Assembly (NCBI RefSeq): GCF_002113885.1
Contig: NW_018406319.1
Span: 611,769-675,768, forward strand
Length of the DNA: 64,000 bases
From: Mizuhopecten yessoensis
Taxonomy: Eukaryota
Reading direction: 5' to 3'
Under the pieces are notes generated by a model. That model searched no databases. It had not been told where the DNA came from and saw only the letters and a program-made list of their open reading frames with translations. The first letter of the stretch is position 1. Each line of letters starts with the position of its first letter. A program made the position numbers and the translations under genes. This document shows, in pieces, positions 1 through 12,500 of this stretch.

Positions 1-550
1 ATCCGAATACAAAAGAGAGGTGTCATCAGCAAATAGTTTTGATAGACTTTCTATATTATCTGTTATGTCATTAATATAAAGTATAAACAGCAATGGGCCA
101 AGAACCGAACCCTGAGGTACTCCTGCATTTGTTCTCTTAGCAGAAGATCTACTATTTCCAATAAAAACTTGTTGAGATCTATTAGTAACATAATCAATTA
201 ACCAGTCCAATAACTTTCCCGAAATTCCATAGCTAGCTAGTTTCACTTCCAGTTCCCTATGCCACACTCGATCAAACGCCTTAGAAATATCACAAAAAAT
301 TAGACAAGTTGGCTGTTTTTTTTCTAGATTGTCACACATACTATGATATATTTCTATAAGCTGGTGTACAGTAGAGTGACCTGGTTGAAAACCTGACTGA
401 TATTTATATATGAGAGAATTATCTAAAAGGTAGTTATGTAAATATTTAGCGACTAATCTTTCGAAAACTTTACCAATAGTACTTAGTAGTGCAATAGGTC
501 TATAATTTGAAGGGTCTTGTTTATCGCCCTTTTTAAAAACAGGTAACATA
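1..550 (-). mobile_element. CR1/L2-like LINE reverse transcriptase fragment (runs off window start)
   Basis: Manual minus-strand translation gives VLPVFKKGDKQDPSNYRPIALLS...QSGFQPGHST...FCDISKAFDRVWH...GVPQGSVLGPLLFILYIND...LFADDT, which are canonical non-LTR RT motifs. Confidence 0.9.
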
Positions 551-960
551 CCACTCCTACTGACAACTAACCACTGCTACAGGTAACTTACCACTTCTAC
601 TGACAACTAACCACTGCTACAGGAAACTTACCACTTATACTGACAACTAACCGCTGCTACAGGTAACATAACACTTTTACTGGCAACTAAGCATTACTAC
701 AGGTAACTTACCAATTCTAAAGCTACTCCTTCGTGTAACTAACCAATTCTAAAGCTACTCCTTCGTGTAACTAACCAATCCTAAAGCTACTCCTTCGTGT
801 AACTAACCAATCATAAAGCTACTCCTTCGTGTAACTAACCAATCATAAAGCTACCCCTACAGGAAACGAACCCATCCTACAGCTACTCCTACATGTAACT
901 AACACATCCTGAAGGTTACTAACTACTCCTAAATGTAACTAGCCTGTCATAAATGTAGCC
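541..960. repeat. Minisatellite: ~4.5 x 40-bp units followed by 32-bp units
   Basis: aggtaacttaccac recurs at 541, 581, 621, 661, 701; taaagctactccttcgtgtaactaaccaat recurs at 718, 750, 782. Confidence 0.85.
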
Positions 961-2857
961 ATCGTGTCTTACAGGTACCTTACCATTCCTACAGGTAATT
1001 ATAACTACATATATCTCGTCATTAACTACTGTCACTGGTTATACAGACTCCGAATAACATAACATACACTGTCGCGTAATTAGTTGAAAGTGTCGGTCGT
1101 TTTTCCACTAATGTAAATGAAAAACAAAATAAGATAGAAATGCTATGAATGAATGCTACAGTGTATGGGGTAGGTTGTGGACTAGGTTTCACTTGGTAAA
1201 TGTATATATACTACGAGGTAAGTTGTCTACTGTGTTCACAGCATAAATCAGTGTTATGGGGTAGGCGGTGGAATGTTTGACTTAACAAAGTAATGCTATA
1301 TAATCAGGCGACTGTTCCAGTGAGTAATGCGATACATCTCAGATACTTTACAGAAGCGAGTCATCACTGAATTAATAAGCCAACAAGATCCTACTTAGTT
1401 ATTGCTTTTCTATAGTCACCCTTTTAAAAGACTTGTGTATATTACACCTCGTGATGTGAAGGACTGGGGATACAGTCATGTTGTACTTACTATGATAGGT
1501 ACATACTTGCTGAGTATGTGACCTACACGATGTAGATACTATTTTACCTATAGTTCACATAGGGCTACACACGACTTGACTTCACACCGATAATAGCAGC
1601 ACAGGAATATAAATGTATAGAAATACAATGTTTGCCCCACTTTAGTATTACTGCATTCCATCAATTCAACAAACCAGAAAACTGCCTGCCCCCTTTAACA
1701 TTTGAGCGATATAGATCGGTTTCTAACACCGACTCGTTCGATCCGATTCAAACATAGGTACACTGTACATGGCTAGTTTAATCACGGTGGAAATCTCATA
1801 TGTTAGCACACATTTAAACCGTATACATGTATCTCCGTGATAACTTTCTTTCTAACTTTATTAAGTGTTTGACCTCCGAACCTGTCATGACTGAAACGCC
1901 CATATCGTACGGCGCAATGCGCTGTTCTAACTTCGATAAGCGAGACAACTCTCACAGGTTATATTAAATGTTCAGAATATCTGCTGAGTCATGATAAACA
2001 TTAAAATTAATTAAAAAATGATTTATCACGCACTTGATGAAGACTTGTGACATGTAAGACTGAAAGATACATTTCATGTAAAAAAATATGTATCGTACTT
2101 TACGTCCACTTAGAGCAAGACCCTTTACTGATTGTCATATCTGTAAACTAAGTAACATAAACTAGAAAACCTATTGAGATCATTTTCGTTGAAGAAAAAC
2201 AGTACTTTTCGCAATATGACGAATATAATATTACAGTCAGCTCAGTAATGCAGACACTCTGGTAGACGAATGGGTGTAATTATAATTGATAAACAGATAT
2301 AAATTATGTCTATCAATAAAGAACACGGCCACTATCTTGTTTCTCTTCAAAACAATGTTAAATGATTAATTCACTGTCCCTACTGATTGAGAACTCTGTT
2401 TTACTAGAAACAGTCATACAACATTATGTACATGTACTTAGTATATAGTCTGTATATTACGGTACATTCTAGGCACCGTTGTGACCATCAGAGTCCAGTT
2501 TGGAAATTCCACATTGATCAAATAAACTCGTCGTTTGCCATCAAATCTTCATACTTGTCAACTCTCTCCTCAATTAAATCCATAATTTCAATATTTTTAA
2601 CCGGTGAATTTGTTAAATCATTTTTTTTATCTTATAATTACTATGAAAACGTAACACAAAAGAATTTAATTTAAGGGTCATCTCTGAGACAGGGGGTGTA
2701 CGACTAGTAAAGTAGTAACCCTCTCCTAAGGGACATTACGACGAAGCTGCCAATATGTTTGATAAAAGATTAGATATATTTACATCCATCTTTTAAAATA
2801 GCTTCTGTTGTCAACGTGTTCTAATGACCTGTTATCGCTCATGTCGAAGTAATGCTG

Positions 2858-4332
2858 AATATAACCGTACTGTTGGCCGTTACCTATACAATAACCGTAC
2901 TGTTGGCCGTTACCTATACAATAACCGTAATGTTGGCCGTAACCTATACATTAACCGTAATGTTGGCCGTTACCTATACAATAACCGTACTGTTGGCCGT
3001 TACCTATACAATAACCGTACTGTTGGCCCTTACCTATACAATAACCGTACTGTTGGCCGTTACCTATACAATAACCGTACTGTTGGCCGTTACCTATACA
3101 ATAACCGTACTGTTGGCCGTTACCTATACAATAACCGTACTGTTGGCCGTTACCTATACAATAACCGTACTGTTGACCGTTACCTATACAATAACCGTAC
3201 TGTTGGCCGTTACCTATACAATAACCGTACTGTTGGCCGTTACCTATACAATAACCGTACAGTTGGCCGTTACCTATACAGTGACCGTACTTTTGGCCGT
3301 TACCTGTACAATTACCGTACTGTTGGCCGTTACCTATACAATAACCGTACTGTTGGCCGTTACCTATACAATAACCGTACTGTTGGCCGTTACCTTTACA
3401 ATAACCGTACTGTTGGCCGTTACCTATACAATAACTGTACTGTTGGCCGTTACCTTTACAATAACGGTACTGTTGGCCGTAACCTATACAATAACCGTAC
3501 TGTTGGCCATTACCTATACAATAACCGTACTGTTGGCCGTTACCTATAAAATAACCGTACTGCTGGCCGTTACCTATACAATAACAATTTCCGTACTGTT
3601 GGCCGTTACCTATACAATAACCGTACTGTTGGCCGATACCTATACAATAACCGTATTGTTGGCCGTTACCTATACAATTACCGTACTGTTGGCCCTTACC
3701 TATACAATATCCGTTCTGTTGGCCGTTACCTATAAAATACCCTTACTGTTGGCCGTAACCTATATATAACCTTACTGTTGGCCGTTACCTATACAATTAC
3801 CGTACTGTTGGCCGTTACCAATACAATAACCGTACTGTTGACCGTTACCTATAAAATGACCGTACTGTTGGCCATTACCTATACAATAACCGTATTGTTG
3901 GCAGTTACCTATACAATAACCGTCCTGTTGGCCGTTACCTATACAATAACCGTACTGTTGGCCGTTACCTATACAATAACCTTACTGTTGGCCGTAACCT
4001 ATATATAACCGTACTGTTGGCCGTTACCTATACAATAACCTACTGTTGGCCGTTACCTATACAATAACCGTACTGTTGACCGTTACCTATACAATAACCG
4101 TACTGTTGGCCGTTACCTATACAATAACCGTACTGTTGGCCGTTACCTATACAATAACCGTACTGTTGGCCGTTACCTTTACAATAACCGTCATGTTGGC
4201 CGTTACCTATACATTAACCGTAATGTTGGCCGTTACCTTTACAATAACCGTACTGTTGGCCGTTACCTATACAATAACCGTACTGTTGGCCGTTACCTTT
4301 ACAATAACCGTACTGCTGGCCGTTACCTATAC
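2858..4332. repeat. 30-bp tandem repeat (tgttggccgttacctatacaataaccgtac), ~49 copies
   Basis: Exact 30-bp period seen directly; explains spurious ORFs 2824-3549, 2852-3769, 3778-4008, 4046-4465. Confidence 0.97.
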
Positions 4333-5049
4333 AGTCGTTCGGTATAGTCTACATCGTGATAGGCTTTTTAGCTTTTGTAGTTGTCTGGATTATGAATCAT
4401 TAACTCGATACCAGGACGTCATGGTTTCATCTATAGTCTTAGTTATCACTTTCTCTGAAAGATAGTTCTAACTATTATAGTTGAACACGACATGTCATTT
4501 GCGATTCGAAATGATATTAGAGTTATGCCCCTTACAACGTCCGTAGTTCGGCTTAAATGGAAATGAAAAGCTTATTAAAACTCAAAAATACCTATTCAAA
4601 TCGCACGCAGATTCTTCTTTATTATGTTTTTGTCTTTAAACGTTTTTGAATTAATTTTGGTATAATCATCAACGTTTCAAGTATCATTTTCCAGGGTCTG
4701 CTAAAATCAGGAAGTGATTTTTGATACATGTAAAAGTTAAACAAACAAACAAACAACAGCATATGAAGATCACATATAGATTTATATAACTGCTTTAAAA
4801 TAATTATACAATAAATCATATACTGTTTTTGGTTCGAGATCAAAATTATGGCCATAAAATCCGAAAGGGTACTGTTGAAAAGCTAGCTTTACACGAGGTA
4901 AAATTTTGACAACAGCACACGACGCAAAATTGCAAAAAATCAAGTTTGACAACTTAACTTAGTCTGCAACCAAGTAGGTAATCTTTCATTTCAGACAGAA
5001 CTTAGGAAAAAAAATACTAGTTGCGGGGGTTTTTGGGTCAAAAATAGCA

Positions 5050-5291
5050 ATTTTTGGCATTTTTTGGTAATTTTTGATGTGGTAACCATGGTTTTCACAC
5101 AAGTGACATACATAGAAAAAAGAGGTTTATACACTTCTCAGTACTTTATATTATTGTAAATGTAATGCAGTTTACAAACATATATACATGTATACATGTG
5201 TTGTGTTGGGTAAATCCGCTGTGTTTACATTTCCTCGACATGTGCCTTGTTGATCAGAGTCGGGCCATTTCCACTGTATACTGCTACCCTA
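5050..5291 (-). mobile_element. Partial MITE copy, same family as 23813-24389, reverse orientation
   Basis: ccactgtatactgctacc terminus and flanking sequence are the reverse complement of the 5' end of 23813-24389; shared ccatggttttcac motif. Confidence 0.6.
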
Positions 5292-6385
5292 GCCTGGGCT
5301 GTACACTTGATTTCTGGTCCCAATTTCATGATCAATTCTCAACTTTACAAACTATATTAAGGAACAATTTCTTTAACTGAATATTTTCCTTCGCCCAAAT
5401 CATTATGTTTTGTTAAGGATTGGATTTCCTTTACGTTCATGTTCATTCGTAAAACCAGAAACCAGACAGTGTAATTATTCATGAGATCAACAGGCTATGA
5501 CGAAACATTCACAATTCTTTGAAAACGAAAATGAATCAGTTCCAAATAGTCATTTAAGTATTAAAATTTACATTTACTTTGCATAAACCTACGAATCTAA
5601 AGTGTTACTTTATTTCAATAAAAGCATGAATCACGACATGTGAAAAGTTTCAATAGGAAACTGTTTGAATGTTTCCATCATTCTGGACGTGACGTCAAAT
5701 TCAAACTATTAAGGAAATTCCCGAATGGCGGAACTGGTAACTATAGAAACCACGATCCTGTTCTCGCAAAATGTCTGTTCCGCCATTTCGTGAACCAGTT
5801 TGAGACCACAAAGAACGATAAAATAATTTAATTGTTTTGGTTGTTTTTAACGTAAACAGTTATGATTGAAAAAAAACTGTGACAGTTATGATGGCATGCG
5901 ACACAGTTTCGTTCAAACATATTCCATCATGCGCGATAACTTCTGGAATGTACACAAAGCGGAAACAACATACATGTACAAAATGCATCTGTTAAGAGTA
6001 TAAATATGTGGATAAATTTTGAGTGATAAGAACGTATGTTTATAACTTAGCTATGTACAGTGTTTATCACAATTAAGCTATGTATGTGAGAGCTTAGCTT
6101 TGTATATCCGTTATAATGCAACTGTTAGTCTGTTTATCCTGTATGTTTTATCTTCTATTTAAACCTACTAAATACTTATGATACGTGTTCATGCTGTCAG
6201 CTGTAGCAAAGGGAAATTATTCATATAATGTTTCTAGCAGTTAAAACTGGGTTTTGCCATACCTTAACATAACTTATAATTATTGGAAGTTATAACATGT
6301 CCACACATTCTACACATCCAAGTTTAGTTGTGTCCCTTTTCTCTCAGTTGTCCGAACAATCGTTTGGCAATGGATGAAGCCAGAG

Positions 6386-6519
6386 TTATGGTTCTTTGAC
6401 CCCATGTGATAATTTTCGTTGACAGGTGGCGCAGCACTGAGAAGAATAGTACGTTTGTCTACACAGGTCTGGTACCAACAAATGGCAATTCTCTATACGA
6501 TCACCATGACAATTGTCGT
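6386..6519 (-). CDS. ADAMTSL2: ADAMTSL2 terminal exon, PLAC domain
   Basis: DDNCHGDRIENCHLLVPDLCRQTYYSSQCCATCQRKLSHGVKEP*; cag acceptor 6522-6520; TAA 6388-6386. Confidence 0.9.
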
Positions 6520-9500
6520 CTGTTAGGAGTAAAACAACATTTATAATCAGCTAGGTAACAGAGAATTCAAAGATTAGTGTACCGTTATTAATGAATAGGC
6601 GTACAACAGGATGAAGCTATGTCTGAGGTATTAGAAGGTATATTTAGGTTCCGGAACCGAGTCACAAACATTCAGGTTTTATGCACACCCATCTAGTAAA
6701 TAATGGTTTTGTATCCTTATCATTTTCCTTTATTAATATGAAACAATCTAGAAACATGTAGGTTAGAGCCTGCAGGAATCTGAGAGAAAATCTTTAGGTA
6801 GATGGAATAGGAAATTCCAGATGTTATCCGAAAAGTGTGCAATATTTAGGTGGATAACTGCAGGAATCGGAAAGAAAATATACTTACTTGTACACAGTTC
6901 TCTCCACAGTGTATCAAGTAATAATTAGCACATGACAACAATTTAAGGAGTTTACATTTGTTGCCGAGTATTTGACCTTGACCTTTGTCAATGCTCTATA
7001 AATGCATTTACAAGTGCATTCAACATTTGCTGGGCTTGTTCTACTTTCTCGTACAGAGGATGGCATTTTGTTTTCAAATATTTGACCTTGACGTTTGTAA
7101 AATAATAAAATTACAATGAATTAACATAAAACATTTAGATATGTGGACCTGTTGTATTATCTCGTCCTTTCTATTTTGACCTTCACCTACCGTCTTGTTT
7201 GGGACAAGGTCGAAGAAAGCACCTTTCTGTGGTCTGCGGTTTCTCGTTCACATTACATCTGTCTGACGTCTGGTTGGCAAGGTAACACCTGACCTCCCTC
7301 GTTTTCGCCGCGTCTTCTCCACATGTTTCTGAACACTGTATGGAGGAAGGCAAACTTAGAGAAAAGAAGCGACGTGATTTTTTTTTATGTATGCGTGTAT
7401 CAAAATCTCGTGTTTGAAGAGAGGATGATATTTGACCTTGTGTTTCACTGATTGATCACGTACTTTAAATAAAAATGACTACTAATAATTTAGGCAAATA
7501 TACATTGGCAAAAAGAGTACACTTGGCGATAGTAAATCTATATTTTGTTTTGAATTTCAAGCAAAACCATCGTTTATGAGAAACTATCAAACACACACAT
7601 ATATAGATTATATATAATGCAACATAGAAGTCCTCGTTTTGAAGAAAAATTATCACGAAGAACAGTTATTCAGATGACCTTGACCTACCTCTGACCAGGT
7701 TGTAGTGAACCACATTACCCGGCATTCCTCCACGAAACAGGGCGTGGTAGACTGGGGTCGCGGAGAACGTTTACAGTTGACGTCAGACTGGAGGCGAAAC
7801 TTTCCCCCCACGACAGAACCACATATTAGTTTCCGAGTTACCTCGCCCTTCCCGCAGTTCATATCACACTGTCAAAACGTGGACAAGAGATCGAGAAATA
7901 AACCTCATTTCAACTACCATTTAACAAGAGACATGTGTGTCCACTGTTCAAATACATTCACTGTACTACAGAATTATTAGAATTACGTCAAGAGGTCTAT
8001 AGGTCTTTGCGAAGCCTTATGACATTCATTCTACTGACATAACATCCTATATCCCTGATATCCACCAATAATTCGATTGGAGGGTTTATAAAACTGATTT
8101 TGTTCAATTTCACAATTTCGGCTTCTTCTCCATCCAAAAGGATAGCATAACGTTTATTTCTGCAGTTACAACTCGTAATGAACAAGGAAAATTTGTACCA
8201 AATTTCAGGAATATTCGCACCAGATTTCAATGTAGTAAGTTCATTGTTAAATCTCAAAAGGATGTCCAAAATATATTTATTTCGGTATAATTGTAGTTAG
8301 CATCTTATTTTCCAGACCGGAAATCAGCCTGAAACTAAATTTCCGCTTTACAAAAACCATATTGTGGCATTTACATCTATGGTGGTTTTCGATTGTAGCA
8401 GTTGAGGAAATAAAATAGGAAATCCTTGAAGATTTTGCCAATTTCTACTTTTTTGGGCACATTCCCAATGTCCTTTGGGTCAGAATCTTAGTTTCACAAC
8501 TTTGGTTTCATATGGTCGCAAGGAAGATTCTGAACAAATTTAAATGATCTATCGGTTCTTGAGAAAAAGCCGAAAATTTTAATGACGGACGATGGTGGAT
8601 GTCAATAGGTCACATGTAGAGTAGTACAGTTTGAATTGAATTACCCCAGGCCTTCTGAATCTATAAAGGAATTAGTTTGAACAAATGTGACCCTTGTCAG
8701 CTTCAAATTTGGTCGAGATAACTTACTGCAGCAAACACATCCACCCTACGCCAGTTCGCGATCAAGGCAGTTATGGAAACAGAAAGTCGACGTTGACAAA
8801 TCAGATGTAACGTCAGCGCCTACGTTGGAAGATATGGACTATAGTGACAGGGCAGCAACAGAGAGGTGGAAACTGGCGCAAGAGGATGATTGGCAAAAGA
8901 AATGTTTAAGGTTTATGTTACAGCAGCGGAGAAGGGATGCCACTGGTGGTATTCACTTGGGAACAGAGCAGAGAACAAACACGGTCATATATCAGGTGTT
9001 TGTATACAGTTGGAACGTCAAAGAGAAATATCTCGAATGCAATCACACATAGTTCATGCCTTTACTGTATACACTAGCATTGAAGAAAACTATCACGTTC
9101 TCCGTTTCACTATACCTACCTTGCCCCACGGCTGGGCCACCCAAGTTGGCGGACAGTATAGGGATTCACTACAGGCAATGGTGGACAACGGCTTCGTGTC
9201 AGGATCACAAAAATTCTCCGCCAGGAGGCGTCCCTGTGGATCCCTACAACCCACGTGTCGCTGACGTGTCCCTCTGCCACAGAGGCCCGAACACTAGGAT
9301 AGAAATGGAGAAACATAGAAAAAATATTATTCTTTCGTTTTCTATAATGATTAAGCTCATATTATGACATTAAATGTAGACAAGCTGGAGAAATCGGTCA
9401 CGTAGTGGAGATCAGACGTTTCCCCTCTTGGAGACCAAAGAAGAGTGTGCGAAACTGAACCAGCTACATGAACAAATGTAATGATATTCGGGGAATGATT

Positions 9501-12500
9501 CCTGCAGACCAATTTACCATATTCAGTCAGCGATAAAAAGAAACAAACGCAATCTGCCGATCAGTTATTTTTACTGACGCCAAACTAACAGATGATGTAT
9601 ATGGAAGTCCTACCAAAACAAGCTGCCGTACATGAGAGATGAGTTAAAGACAAAATTATGGTGTAAATTACTTAAAGGAGACAAACTGACGGTGTAAATT
9701 ACTTACTGGAGACCACCTAATGGTGAAAATTACTTACTAGAGACCAACTGACGGTGTGAATAACTGGAAACCACCTGACGGTGTAAATTACTTACTTGAG
9801 AACAACTGACGGTGTAAATTACTGGAGACCAGCTGACGGTGCAAATTACTTACTTTATACTAACTGATGGTGTAAATTTCTTACTGGAGAACTACTGACG
9901 GTGTAAATTACTGGAGACCAACTGACGGTGTAAATTACTAACTTGAGACCAACTGATGTTGTAAATTACTTACTGGAAACCAACTAATGGTGTACATTAC
10001 TTAATGGAGACCACCAACTGACGGTGTAATTTATTTACTTGAGACCAACTAATGGTGTAAAGTACTTACTGGAAACCAACTGATGGGGCAAATTACTAAC
10101 TGAATACAAACTTACGGTGTACATTACTTACTGGAGACCAACTGATGGTGTAAATTACTGGAGACCAACTGATGGGATAAATTACTTACTGGAGACCAAC
10201 TGACGGTGTAATTTACTGACTTGAGACCAACTGATGGTGTAAATTACTAACTGGATACAAATGCATGGTGTACATTACTAACTGGAGACCAACTGATGGT
10301 GTAAATTACTGGAGACCAACTGATGGGGTAAATTACTTACTGGAGTCCAACTGAAGGTGTAAATTACTGGAGACTAACTGATGGGGGAAATTACTGGAGA
10401 CCAACTGATGGGGTAAATTACTTACTGGAGACCAACTGAAGGTGTAAATAACTGGAGACTAACTGATGGGGTAAATTACTGGAGACCAACTGATGGGGGA
10501 AATTACTTACTTGAGACCAACTGACGGTGTAATTTACTGACTTGAGACCAACTGATGGTGCAAATTACTTACTAGAGACCAACTGATGGTGTAAATTACT
10601 AACTGGAAACAAATGCATGGTGTACATTACTTACTGGAGACCAACTGACGATGTAAATTACTGCAGACCAGCTGACGGTGTAAATTACTTACTGAACACC
10701 AACTAATGGTGTAAATTACTTACTGGAGACCAACTGACGGTGTAAATAATTTACTGGAGACCAACTGACGGTGTAAATTAGTGGAGACCAACTGATGGTG
10801 TTAATTACTGGAGACCAACTGACGGTGTAAATTACTTACTGGAGACCAACTGATGGTGTAAATTACTTACTTGAGAACAACTGACGGTGTAAATTACTTA
10901 CTTGAGAACAACTGACGGTGTAAATTACTGGAGACAAGCTGACGGTGCAAATTACTTACTTTATACTAACCGATGGTGTACATTTCTTATTCGAGAACAA
11001 CTGACGGTGTAAATTACTGGACACCAACTGACGGTGTAAATTACTAACTTGAGACCAACTGATGTTGTAAATTACTTACTGGAAACCAACTAATGGTGTA
11101 CATTACTTAATGGAGACCACCAACTGACGGTGTAATTTATTTACTTGAGACCAACTGATGGTGTAAAGTCCTTACTGGAAACCAACTGATGGGGCAAATT
11201 ACTAACTGGATACAAACTGACGGTGTGAATTACTTACTGGAGACCAATTGAAGGTGTAAATTACTGGAGACCAACTGATGGGGTAAATTACTTACTTGAG
11301 ACCAACTGACGGTGTAATTTACTGACTTGAGACCAACTGATGGTGTAAATTACTAACTGGATACAATTGCATGGTGTACATTACTTACTGGAGACCAACT
11401 GATGGTGTAAATTACTTCCTGGAAACCAGCTGACGGTGTAAATTACTTACTGAACACCAACTAATGGTGCTGACGGTGTAAATTACTTACTGGAGACCAA
11501 CTGAAGATGTAAATTATTGCAGACCGGCTGACGGTGTAAATTACTTACTGAACACCAATTAATGCTGTAAATTACTTCCCGGAGACCAGCTGACGATGTA
11601 AATTACTGCAGTCCAGCTGACGGTGTAAATTACTTACTGAACACCAATTAATGGTGTAAATTACTTCCTGGAGACCAGCTGACGATGTAAATTACTGCAG
11701 ACCAGCTGACGGTGTAAATTACTTACTGAACACCAATTAATGGTGTAAATTACTTACTGGAGACCAACTGACGGTGTACATTACTTAATGGAGACTACCA
11801 ACTAACGGTGTAAAATACTTACTTGAGACTAACTGATGGTGTAAAATGTATTACTTAATACCAAATGACGGTGTAAATGACTAACTGGAGACCAACTGAC
11901 GGTATAAATTACTAACTGGAGACCAACTGACGGTATAAATTACATACTGGAGACTAACTGATGGTGTAAATTACTAACTGGAGACCAACTGACGGTATAC
12001 ATTACTTACTGGAGACCAACTGACGGTGTACCACTGGTTCGTACACTGTGCCAGGTGACATGACCGCTTACTTAGTGGCCTTGACCGAGTTGAACAGTAA
12101 ACATCACTTCCGCTACTACATCTGACGTGTCTTGTCTGGAAGCCATTTCCACACATCGACGTACACTGAAACATATGCCGTCATTCATTGCTGAGCACTA
12201 AATCAAATGATATCACACATTGTAGTGCACTAGAACAAATGAAATCATGCATTTTAGTGCATTGGTACAAATGACATCAGATTGTGCATATAACATCACA
12301 CAGCTTGGCTCGCTGAAACAGGATAACGTCATAACAAATCAGTATTGAAAATAGCGCGCACATTTTATAAAACTGTTTTTTCTTTAAGATACATGTTTAG
12401 AGTCACTTCCATCCAACATTTTCCGTTTAAATGTTGAAATTGCTGAAGTATACATGAATAATTTTGACTAACCCAACGCTTAAATTACGGGAGGTGAATT

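Noticed and set aside
2824-4465. Long ORFs with RYLYNNRTVG or TYTITVLLAV repeats (241 and 305 aa)
   Set aside because: They are translations of a 30-bp tandem repeat, open in several frames and broken by indels, with no unique coding flank.
8687-9367. Plus-strand ORFs of 103-124 aa inside ADAMTSL2
   Set aside because: Partly antisense to exon 9293-9120; the rest has no recognisable motif or splice support.
9655-12030. CRISPR-like look of 27-46 bp repeats here and at 42978 and 51585
   Set aside because: Units are head-to-tail with no unique spacers, there are no cas genes, and the context is eukaryotic.
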